Below are positions 18,147 to 25,895 of a stretch of DNA of 31,790 nucleotides, piece by piece. This stretch comes from a virus. Its lineage: Duplodnaviria; Caudoviricetes. A program made the translations under genes and the position numbers. Under the pieces are notes generated by a model, which was not told the DNA's origin, did not search any database, and saw only the letters and a program-made list of their open reading frames with translations. The stretch spans positions 1-31,790 of the IMG/VR virus record IMGVR_UViG_3300025835_000022. One strand, 5' to 3'. How positions within the stretch are numbered: the first letter of the stretch is position 1; every line of letters begins with the position of its first letter.

Positions 18147-18175
18147 ATTATAGACTCACTATTGCCTTTTATCAA
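18147..18175 (-). promoter_or_regulatory. Sigma70 promoter within the upstream inverted-repeat arm; predicts a leaderless nuclease mRNA
   Basis: TTGATA, 17-nt spacer, TATAAT, then 6 nt to the ATG at 18140. Confidence 0.7.
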
Positions 18176-18201
18176 CACTTTTATATTTTCACCTCCTTAT
18201 T

Positions 18202-19056
18202 TCAAGCCTTGTTTCTATCCCATTCACCAGTTTCTTTAAGATAGGCTTCCATTTCACTGTCAGACATTCCTTCAGTTGAAATATTACCCTTACTTACTTT
18301 AGCTGATGATGAAGGTGGCACTACCTCAGATGACTCTTGTTGAATCATCTTTTTAGTAACCGCCTGTTGACCTTCCTCCTGTCCAGCTTGATGAAAAGAC
18401 ATGATAGTTTCGGCAAAATCTTTTAGTCTTAAATCCGGGTCTTTAATTCTTAGCTCATTATATTTTTGAACAAATTTTTGAGTTCTTGAAGGATCAAATT
18501 TTTCTGAATCTTCATTAAATATTGGATATTTACGTTCTACCTCATGCAAATCAGATTCAAAACTATTAAGCCTTGAAAACTCTTTAGTAAACTGTCCAAA
18601 ACGAGCCTTAACTATATTATCAGCTGTACTCATTACATTACTTTGGTACTGTTCTTGAGTTATCTCCCCATTTTCAGGAATTATTGGCGACTGCTCCCAT
18701 GGAGGTATCGCAAAATTATCCCTTAAAGGAGGGGTTGTTTTCTCCCTTTCAAGTTGAGTACGTAAAGCTGAAAGCTCTTTTACAGCTTTCTCTTTTTCCT
18801 CTGTAACCGACTTTAATTTATTAACTAATTGACCCGCTCTTTTCTCATGTCTTTCGGACAAGTGGTCATCTCCTGATTCGGTAACTTCCGTTTTGCCCTC
18901 TTCGGGTGTTTCAGGAGGTCGAGTGTTTCCTTTTTCATCATCTTGAGCATGTTCTTTTGCATAGTCGTTTATTTCCTGCTCGACAGATGACGGAACAGAT
19001 ACGGTTGTTTCTCCTTCAACCTCAGTTTCTGTTGCCATTTTTGTTTGAGGTAACAT
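18202..19056 (-). CDS. Capsid scaffolding protein
   Basis: Acidic N-terminus, coiled coil and short C-terminal helix (MSDSEMEAYL); lies between portal and capsid. Confidence 0.75.
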   Translation of the reverse strand: MLPQTKMATETEVEGETTVSVPSSVEQEINDYAKEHAQDDEKGNTRPPETPEEGKTEVTESGDDHLSERHEKRAGQLVNKLKSVTEEKEKAVKELSALRTQLEREKTTPPLRDNFAIPPWEQSPIIPENGEITQEQYQSNVMSTADNIVKARFGQFTKEFSRLNSFESDLHEVERKYPIFNEDSEKFDPSRTQKFVQKYNELRIKDPDLRLKDFAETIMSFHQAGQEEGQQAVTKKMIQQESSEVVPPSSSAKVSKGNISTEGMSDSEMEAYLKETGEWDRNKA

Positions 19057-19139
19057 ATTTTTATGCAGTCCACTAATTTTTTTCCTCTAATTTTTAACTA
19101 GCCTACAGGACGCTTAGGCTTTTTAGTATTAAATAAATT

Positions 19140-19391
19140 TTATTTAATATTAACAAGCTTAGGTAATCCTTCTTCATCTATCCCTACTAACTGCTTATTT
19201 ACCCCTATGTGTATCGCATGTCCTATTATGCACGACCTACATTCAAGATAAATTCCTTTTTGTATCCATCTATGACCTGACATTTCAACTTTCTTATCAA
19301 TAATTATTCCACCCTGATAATTAAACGGTTTAATCTCAGGACTTTCAATCTTATCATTTTTTTTCTCCTCCGTCTTTTCTTGCTTTTTCAT
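19140..19391 (-). CDS. Small hypothetical protein, possibly zinc-binding
   Basis: H.W.Q.G..L.CxxC...H pattern. Confidence 0.65.
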   Translation of the reverse strand: MKKQEKTEEKKNDKIESPEIKPFNYQGGIIIDKKVEMSGHRWIQKGIYLECRSCIIGHAIHIGVNKQLVGIDEEGLPKLVNIK

Positions 19392-19703
19392 TTATTGTAT
19401 CGGCTGTTTTTTCAGCTTTATTAATAATTGACATAAGGTTAGCTTTGGTTAACCTATTAACCGCCCGCCTTAATCCAATCTCCTCAAGAGATGCACCTTT
19501 TTCAAAAGCATTTCCCTCTAAAATATCAAGCTCTTCTATTAATTTTAAAATGTACTTTTTTACAACGCCGTATGCTACACTTTCCGCAAACCTTGCCCAA
19601 ATAATATCATCTTCTTTTAAGATGTTATAAGCACTTACTTGATCTTGTCTAATCCCTACTAAATTTATCTTAAACCCCATTGGGGGTATAGCTTGATTGT
19701 CCA
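19354..19703 (-). CDS. Hypothetical head-module protein (start probably MDNQ)
   Basis: Follows the portal stop codon; helical; occupies a position often held by a small conserved gene. Confidence 0.6.
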
Positions 19704-19705
19704 TA

Positions 19706-21682
19706 TTATCTAAATAATTGTTGTGCAAATGCTTGAATGTCCGGGTCTTGCATTGTTTGTTGTGGTTGTGGTGGTTGTGTTATTTGAGGTTGGGGTGGTA
19801 CTTGTTGAGGTATAGGGGAAGATATAGGCTGTTGTGGTGGTTGTCCTCCCATTTGAGGTTGACCCTGTAGCATCTCTTGAGGTATTTCACTATTTGGCAT
19901 GGTTGGATTCGATACTTGAGTCCCCATTTGATCTGGTGGGATATCAATAATTATTTTATCCCAATCTTGTGTACCTGATGAAACTATTACCCGTTGAAAT
20001 AGTTCAGCTATATCAAGTGTTTTTCCTTTTTTAGCAAGTGCCTGATTAAGTTGTCCCCCTGCCTGTGGGTCAAGAGCCATCATAAGTAGGCTCCTTGAGT
20101 TATTTAAATCCTGTTCTTGATCAACTTTATAAGTAGATCCTGACGTTATTTGAAAATCAAACTTAGTATCTTTGAATAGATTGCCTGTTATCTTAGCTTG
20201 TCCCCGTTCCCCTGAAGTAAACATTTCGACTATATCGGGATATGCTTTTTCTATCTGTTCAATTTCCGACTTAAAAAGTCTCATTGTTAAAGGTTTCTCA
20301 AAATTCTTAACAGTTAGATCAACAAACCCTCCCAGTACTTCCTCTAAAGCCTTTTCCATCATGAAACGGTCCCAGCTATCCCTTGCCGACTCACGGACAG
20401 ATAACATTTTAAGAGCTTGAGGGGTTTTCCCTTGAGTTATATCTACGTTTTTTGAAACGGTTGTATCAGTTGTCCCGGCTTGGTTCATTAAAGCGGCTGT
20501 TAGAAAACTATATGTTGATTGAAATGTAGCAATTCCTTGAGTATTACTTTGAAACTGACGAATAGAATTAGGTTTAATCTCAAGCCATTTGGAAGCTGGC
20601 TCTTGGACAATAGTTGAAGGGACTATACCATCGGGGTTAAGAATAATAGGTGGAAAGATTGACATTTTTACACCGTCTAAATAAAGATTAATAAGTGAGT
20701 TAACCGCAAACTGTAATGTTTTACCACGTTCGAACTCTCCAAGCCCATAAATACTATCTAAAAGAGGAAACCCATATTTGGCAGTTATCGGAAGTTTGTT
20801 ATTTTTCTGAGGGTTAGGGATATCCCGAAGTACTAATTTCTCGTCCCCAAATTCCGAACAGATAGTAATCCAACGGTCTTTTCTGTATTCTGTATAAATT
20901 TCTATCTGCTTAAAAGCATTATCAGACTTTGTTGAAGGTTGACGTGTTCGTTCTACATAACTTCGCTTTTCATCATTAGTTTGACCCTTAACTGAATTTT
21001 GTCCATCTTTAATTTTAAGAAGCACTGTGTCTATATTTTTCCAACTATCTTTATTTCTTGCTTTTAACCAGTCTTCATTAACATGTGTAGTTACACCAAA
21101 CCAATCAGCATCGTTTAGTGAATATTTACCTGGTTGTGGGTGACAGTCCCGAATAGGAAGTAAAAAGAAATCGGGAGAGGAAAAATCATCTTTAGATACC
21201 CAGTCGGTGAGAGCAAATAACGACCCATACATTAACGAATAAATATCCCAGAGACGACATTTAATAAGGAAATCAAACTGAGCGTTGGCATTGGGAAGTA
21301 TCCATTTATCAAGAAGCAGGTTCATAAGTAGATTTTTACCTAAATCATCTCTTGATATTGCCATCGCCTTACCTGTTGGATTTTGCGCCATAACTCTGGC
21401 CGCACGTTCCAAAACTATAGTTGAAAGTCTTGGATCAAATACCTGAGACTTATTAACATGAACATCCTCTTCATCAATTAGTTTATTAACAAGTATTGAC
21501 TCTTTTTCATCCCATCCTGTTAATTGTGGACTTACCATATCAGTCCATGAATCATCTTTATGTTCCCAGACTTCTTTAAATAAGGTTTTTGATTTTAATG
21601 AAGATATTACTTTCTCCTGTTGTGTATCTTTTACTTTAGATACTTCGGTAGATTGTTTAGTAGATTCTTTTTTTTTTGACAT
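19706..21682 (-). CDS. Portal protein (P22-like)
   Basis: 658 aa after terminase; LPIT..YGFP..DSIYGLGE.E and QFAVNSLINLYLD motifs; P/Q-rich tail. Confidence 0.85.
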   Translation of the reverse strand: MSKKKESTKQSTEVSKVKDTQQEKVISSLKSKTLFKEVWEHKDDSWTDMVSPQLTGWDEKESILVNKLIDEEDVHVNKSQVFDPRLSTIVLERAARVMAQNPTGKAMAISRDDLGKNLLMNLLLDKWILPNANAQFDFLIKCRLWDIYSLMYGSLFALTDWVSKDDFSSPDFFLLPIRDCHPQPGKYSLNDADWFGVTTHVNEDWLKARNKDSWKNIDTVLLKIKDGQNSVKGQTNDEKRSYVERTRQPSTKSDNAFKQIEIYTEYRKDRWITICSEFGDEKLVLRDIPNPQKNNKLPITAKYGFPLLDSIYGLGEFERGKTLQFAVNSLINLYLDGVKMSIFPPIILNPDGIVPSTIVQEPASKWLEIKPNSIRQFQSNTQGIATFQSTYSFLTAALMNQAGTTDTTVSKNVDITQGKTPQALKMLSVRESARDSWDRFMMEKALEEVLGGFVDLTVKNFEKPLTMRLFKSEIEQIEKAYPDIVEMFTSGERGQAKITGNLFKDTKFDFQITSGSTYKVDQEQDLNNSRSLLMMALDPQAGGQLNQALAKKGKTLDIAELFQRVIVSSGTQDWDKIIIDIPPDQMGTQVSNPTMPNSEIPQEMLQGQPQMGGQPPQQPISSPIPQQVPPQPQITQPPQPQQTMQDPDIQAFAQQLFR

Positions 21683-21721
21683 AAAAAAACACGTCTTCCC
21701 AAATTACATGGAAAAACGTGT
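21683..21721 (-). terminator. Intrinsic terminator whose U-tract abuts the portal ATG
   Basis: CACGTTTTTCCA-TGTAATT-TGGGAAGACGTG followed by T7 and then ATG. Confidence 0.75.
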
Positions 21722-21747
21722 GACATGGATATCACTCCGATGAAAAA

Positions 21748-21776
21748 AGATTAATATAAAAATATCTACTTGTCAA
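21748..21776 (-). promoter_or_regulatory. Sigma70-type promoter upstream of the portal leader/terminator
   Basis: TTGACA (21776-21771), 17-nt spacer, TAATCT (21753-21748). Confidence 0.6.
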
Positions 21777-22077
21777 TAGCATTTTCATTTTTATAATTCT
21801 TTTTATTATGAAAATAGTTAACAAGCTCTTTAATATTTCCCTCAGAAAATGTTATTGTAAAGTTAAGAACTCCTGATTGTTTTCTATCAACCATATTTTT
21901 AATTAATTGTACAACCTCAGCAGTGGCCTTGGCATTATCTGAAGTATGATATTTTATCTTTCTAAATCTTTGAGACTCTAAAGCGACAGGTTTTCCCTGA
22001 TGAGTTATTACTGAAAAATTAACCTCCCCATACTCGGTTTTTGAGATTTCAAGTAACATGTCATCAATTATGCTCAT
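21766..22077 (-). CDS. Protein with two tandem YezD/DUF2292-like repeats (start probably MSIIDD)
   Basis: ISKTEYGEVNFSVITHQGKPVALE and DRKQSGVLNFTITFSEGNIKEL each match the helix-G-strand-G-strand pattern recalled for YezD/DUF2292; recognised by eye only. Confidence 0.5.
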   Translation of the reverse strand: MSIIDDMLLEISKTEYGEVNFSVITHQGKPVALESQRFRKIKYHTSDNAKATAEVVQLIKNMVDRKQSGVLNFTITFSEGNIKELVNYFHNKKNYKNENAIDK

Positions 22078-22078
22078 A

Positions 22079-22738
22079 TTAATAAAAGCTTTTATTTTTC
22101 CAAGCTTCTTTTGGAAATTCACTTATAACATGTTCGTAATCGGAAGCTTTTTTTGGTCGATCTACATTTAAATAAAGTTGATAAGCAATCGAAAGTGACA
22201 TAATTAGGTCATCATGTGCGTTAAGTTCAGCTTGAGCTTTCCAGATGGATGAGGACCTAACAACAACAAAAGAATACATTTCATTAATTGTTTTTTTATC
22301 ATAAATTTTAAGTACCCTATTGTCTATTGCCTGTTTTAAATCAGATAACATTTTTCCACGATTAGAAGAAGTGGTTGTCCACCCGTATTTTTTAGGTTCA
22401 CTTTCCGTTATCATCCCAATTCCTGTTGGCTGTTGCCAAACATCAAACCAGTTTAAACGGTTCATGGCAAGCATACGGTCTATTTCATAACTACCTCCGG
22501 CGTTAGTTTCCGGAGCAATACAAGGTTTAATTTGAGTTATATTATATATCTTTTCAAGAATACGGACCACGTCATTGGTTACATCTGATGCGGTTTTGTT
22601 AGAATGAATAACTAAAGGCACATCCATTTTAGTTTTTGATATAAATTGTACGGCACAATAATCATTGACACCTGCGGCCATATCATAACCCGCCACAATT
22701 TGCTCATCTTTTAATATCTCCCTAAATTGTCTATTCAT
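22079..22738 (-). CDS. terL: Terminase large subunit, C-terminal RNase H-like nuclease domain, encoded as a separate ORF
   Basis: IVAGYDMAAG..DY, APETN..G, YGWTT...R..M and HDDLIMSLSIA motifs. Confidence 0.85.
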   Translation of the reverse strand: MNRQFREILKDEQIVAGYDMAAGVNDYCAVQFISKTKMDVPLVIHSNKTASDVTNDVVRILEKIYNITQIKPCIAPETNAGGSYEIDRMLAMNRLNWFDVWQQPTGIGMITESEPKKYGWTTTSSNRGKMLSDLKQAIDNRVLKIYDKKTINEMYSFVVVRSSSIWKAQAELNAHDDLIMSLSIAYQLYLNVDRPKKASDYEHVISEFPKEAWKNKSFY

Positions 22739-24650
22739 AAATAAGTTTTTGAGTAATAGGTTCTATTGATTGGAATAGGTAATATTGTAAAGCCTGCTTA
22801 TCAAAATAAAGTGAACCACTTGTTAAATACGCCTCCTCTTCCGTCATCGGATATTCTTGAGGAAATAACCTATCTAATTCTTTTTTTTTCATATCTAAAA
22901 ATGTCTGATCATATTCCCATAGAGGATTGTAAAAATGTTTCTTAAACCCCCGATCATCTCCTACGTCCCATAGCTTTTTAAACCAATTAAAACCGTTAGC
23001 GGTTGTTTCAATTATTACCCTTCCATTTGGAACAACGGCTTGGATAGCTGATCCAAATATAGATTCAGGATCGGGATAGAAAGCCAACTCTGAATTAGAA
23101 ACCACGCCACATACAGTTAAAAATGAATGATTTTTGTTATCAACTTCTATATCATAGGTTTCTTTCTCTTCCACTTCTTCAATGCTTTTAATTTTTACGA
23201 ATAAATACCCATTTTTAGGTGAAGTGTTACGAGTAATAACATATTTTTGTTTACTTGCTCCTTTACTATGATCTTTATTCTTATCAAATCCATGTTCACG
23301 CAAAACATAAATAGGTTTAGTCTGCTTATCATATCTAAATCTTTTTTCGTGATAATCTAACGCTAAAAGACGGTGATTTAATAAAGCATAAATCTGTTTC
23401 ATTTGTCTTGCTATTTTTTCATGAATAGTAGTTATAGAAATACATTTCCATTTCAATTTTGCCTTACTTCCATCACCATCTCTCCAACCCTCATATAATC
23501 CTTTTAAAAAAGTTTTAGGAAACTGGTATAAAAAGCGGGTGGGAACATTTTTATTTGTTACTTTTCCTACTAATTTTTCAATAAATGAAGCTAATTCTAA
23601 AGAATAATAAATAATCAACTTTCTTGTTCCACTTTTTGTTTTGTTTATTTCAACGGTAGGTTTTAATGGTAATAAATCAATAAATTTTTTATAATATTCC
23701 TCATCTTTATGACAAGCGAATGTTATTCTCCCTTTATTGATATTCCCTTCTGCCAAATAATAACCTAAAAAATATCCTAATTTATAATTGGTTTTCACCA
23801 CAAAATCATCAGTTTTTTGATTAGCTATTTTTTGAACATAATTAATAGGAAGATGAATACAGTTTTTTATTTTCGGAATTGTTAAAAATTTAATATAAGC
23901 ACCTGTTTTAGGATAAGCCCATAAAATATAATTGTCTGTTGTTAACTCTCCGGCTTTTTTCCAAATTGGTTCACCTATATTTCTATAATAGTGCCACGCC
24001 TTACTTTTACCCATTACCCTTATTTTATGATCTTTACTAACTAAGATTTCTTCATTGCTTAACCATGTTTTAATTTTTAAAAGAGGTTTAACTCCTGTTT
24101 TGATTTTATTAATGACTTTGGTGGTTTTCCCATCTTCAGCTACCAAAATGTCATTAATATTTATTTTTTCTATCGGCTTGGTTGTTCCATCGGCACATAA
24201 TATTTTAGTTCCTTTTCCAATACATAAATGTAAATTTGTTATAGTTTTGCTCCTCCCAAATTGAGTATTTTTAGCGCTACCTAATTTATAATACGAGTTC
24301 ATAACAGGATTATATAGTTCCGTCTTAGAGTTATATTTTAAAGGCACTTTACGACCCGTTCTCTCTTCGTAGGATTGAATATAATACTTAACTCTTGCAA
24401 GTAGTCCTGTTGCATTGTCATCAATATCAGCAACCACCACGTTATAAGCATTTTCAGTTAAAATAAAATCAGCCGTAAACATTGCAAGTATTATTGAAGA
24501 AAAACCCATTTGACGACTTTTTAAAATAATATCTTTTCCTGACATATTAATTAAAAAATCAGTTTGAGTTTTGTTTGGAATAAAATTAACTACCTCTTGT
24601 TTTTTATTGACTATTAAAAGTTTGTCAGTGATCCATTTTAAATAATTCAT
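22731..24650 (-). CDS. terL: Terminase large subunit, N-terminal ATPase domain, intein-containing
   Basis: IILKSRQMGFS (Walker A region), NLHL|SELAF (Walker B split by the intein), IETTANG and FPQEYP. Confidence 0.9.
   Translation of the reverse strand: MNYLKWITDKLLIVNKKQEVVNFIPNKTQTDFLINMSGKDIILKSRQMGFSSIILAMFTADFILTENAYNVVVADIDDNATGLLARVKYYIQSYEERTGRKVPLKYNSKTELYNPVMNSYYKLGSAKNTQFGRSKTITNLHLCIGKGTKILCADGTTKPIEKININDILVAEDGKTTKVINKIKTGVKPLLKIKTWLSNEEILVSKDHKIRVMGKSKAWHYYRNIGEPIWKKAGELTTDNYILWAYPKTGAYIKFLTIPKIKNCIHLPINYVQKIANQKTDDFVVKTNYKLGYFLGYYLAEGNINKGRITFACHKDEEYYKKFIDLLPLKPTVEINKTKSGTRKLIIYYSLELASFIEKLVGKVTNKNVPTRFLYQFPKTFLKGLYEGWRDGDGSKAKLKWKCISITTIHEKIARQMKQIYALLNHRLLALDYHEKRFRYDKQTKPIYVLREHGFDKNKDHSKGASKQKYVITRNTSPKNGYLFVKIKSIEEVEEKETYDIEVDNKNHSFLTVCGVVSNSELAFYPDPESIFGSAIQAVVPNGRVIIETTANGFNWFKKLWDVGDDRGFKKHFYNPLWEYDQTFLDMKKKELDRLFPQEYPMTEEEAYLTSGSLYFDKQALQYYLFQSIEPITQKLIYE
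23094..24224 (-). mobile_element. Intein (377 aa) with LAGLIDADG homing endonuclease
   Basis: Starts CIGKGTKILCADG; block B VSKDHKI; LAGLIDADG motifs LGYYLAEG and YEGWRDGDG; block F TYDIEV; ends VVSN with Ser at +1. Confidence 0.92.
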
Positions 24651-25087
24651 TTATATTCCTCTGCCTCCTTTTGGAAATCTTGTTTTATATTAACCATAAC
24701 TCCTACCCCTTGTTTACCTTCTAAAAACTCCCCAGCTTGAACAACATCTTTAATAAATCTTGAACTATCTATTAATTTATCCAATTTCCCATATACTTTA
24801 GCTATTCCACGCTTTTTATGAAAGTTTTTATATTGTGTGTACCACCAATCATTAAATCCTTGTGATTTCCAACGATAATATTCTTGTCTCCACGCTTCAA
24901 CTGCCCTATTACTTCTTTTATTACATTCTGTTGCAATATCCATAGGACGCAATGATTGAATTTCAATAGAAACGTCAACCCATAATCTTTTTTCAGGATC
25001 ATTTTCAAATTTGATAGTATTTGTATCACTTTGTATTATTTCTATATTTTCCGGTGGTGGTAGTTCCTGAAGATTATTTGGTGTCAT
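24647..25087 (-). CDS. Probable terminase small subunit
   Basis: 146 aa, ATGA-coupled upstream of TerL, with HTH-like YYRWKSQGFNDW; the call rests mainly on position. Confidence 0.55.
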   Translation of the reverse strand: MTPNNLQELPPPENIEIIQSDTNTIKFENDPEKRLWVDVSIEIQSLRPMDIATECNKRSNRAVEAWRQEYYRWKSQGFNDWWYTQYKNFHKKRGIAKVYGKLDKLIDSSRFIKDVVQAGEFLEGKQGVGVMVNIKQDFQKEAEEYK

Positions 25088-25241
25088 CTATTTCTATTAT
25101 AACTTTTATTAACTGATCTGCTGGTATTTTAGCAAGTTCTAGTATTGCAGGATCGCTGGTATTTAGTTTAACAGTAAATTCAATATCATTAGTTATTAAT
25201 TTTTTAGATTTAACTTCCCTTATTTCTGCTATAAATTCCAT
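25074..25241 (-). CDS. Small hypothetical protein, 55 aa (not in ORF track)
   Basis: MEFIAEIREVKSKKLITNDIEFTVKLNTSDPAILELAKIPADQLIKVIIEIDDTK*; fills the gap in the operon. Confidence 0.7.
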   Translation of the reverse strand: MEFIAEIREVKSKKLITNDIEFTVKLNTSDPAILELAKIPADQLIKVIIEIDDTK

Positions 25242-25243
25242 AT

Positions 25244-25453
25244 TTAACTATCAATCTTCCATAAATAACGCTTGTTAAAAATTATTCCTTGACCTTTTAA
25301 ATCCGTAAGTAACATGAAGTCCCGATTGGAAGAATTATATTCTATATTTACTTCATAGTTTCCATTCATTTTTGTCCATATTTCCCCAACCGTATCTTGA
25401 ACTTGTGTTTCCATGATTTGACCATCTTTTTTTAACGTGTATATAACAGACAT
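25244..25453 (-). CDS. Hypothetical protein, first gene of the leftward operon
   Basis: 69 aa immediately downstream of the leftward promoter. Confidence 0.6.
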   Translation of the reverse strand: MSVIYTLKKDGQIMETQVQDTVGEIWTKMNGNYEVNIEYNSSNRDFMLLTDLKGQGIIFNKRYLWKIDS

Positions 25454-25461
25454 ACTCTATC

Positions 25462-25534
25462 AGAGTATATAAAATTAAACAAATTGTCAAGTATTATATA
25501 TTCATTTGACAAACGGTTTTGAAAGATATATATT
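25462..25534. promoter_or_regulatory. Back-to-back divergent sigma70 promoters
   Basis: Minus strand TTGACA(25490-25485)-17-TACTCT; plus strand TTGACA(25506-25511)-17-TATATT; located at the strand switch. Confidence 0.75.
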
Positions 25535-25649
25535 TAAATTATCGACCGAGGTAACTGACGATATAGTAGCTATAAATTTGGCAGTAAGTTTAGGTAACAC
25601 GAAGGCTTGTTGCCAAGTTTGTAGAACGATTAGAAATTTAAATTTAACA

Positions 25650-25874
25650 ATGAATAAAATATCCATACAAACAACACAGGAAATATTAAGACTACGTAAT
25701 ATACTTCAAAACATATCTAATATAAGTTATTCATTTTCTAAAATAAACCAAAAATATCCCCTTGATACACTATCAGAAGAAGATGGAAATGAAATAACAG
25801 AAGTCTATCTTAATTTAATCAGAGATACAAAAAGAACAGTAGATAAAATATTTACAAAAACAGTTCCAATTTAA
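25650..25874 (+). CDS. Hypothetical protein, 74 aa (start revised to MNKISIQ)
   Basis: The track's TTG start at 25506 is the -35 box; the first ATG with an A-rich leader is at 25650. Confidence 0.6.
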   Translation: MNKISIQTTQEILRLRNILQNISNISYSFSKINQKYPLDTLSEEDGNEITEVYLNLIRDTKRTVDKIFTKTVPI

Positions 25875-25895
25875 TTAAAATAAATAAATTTAACT

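Larger units (their letters stand above)
17626..18177. mobile_element. Inverted-repeat-flanked nuclease insertion between scaffold and capsid genes
   Basis: Arms at 17626-17660 and 18142-18177 are complementary over 30 bp (7+5+11+7) and enclose exactly one nuclease ORF. Confidence 0.7.

Noticed and set aside
17626-18177. Insert as a classical IS element or group I intron
   Set aside because: The ORF lacks DDE/HUH/serine recombinase motifs, and there is no non-coding space for a ribozyme core.
19100-19124. Hairpin AGCCTA/TAGGCT upstream of the scaffold gene as a fourth attenuator
   Set aside because: The T-run is on the opposite strand, and no matching promoter or leader motif was seen.
22731-22738. 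Stop-codon reassignment or read-through joining the terminase ORFs
   Set aside because: The ORFs are in different frames, another TAG follows three codons later, and TAA, TAG and TGA all end genes normally here.
33-24264. Short plus-strand ORFs in the track across the late arm (e.g. 5344-5793, 16846-17163, 20172-20420)
   Set aside because: They are antisense shadows of long minus-strand genes with recognisable motifs.
24802-25029. Alternative-frame 75-aa ORF within the putative small terminase
   Set aside because: Fully nested, TTG start, no motif; the 146-aa frame is the one coupled to TerL.
25506-25649. N-terminal extension of the 122-aa ORF
   Set aside because: Its TTG start is the -35 hexamer of the rightward promoter.
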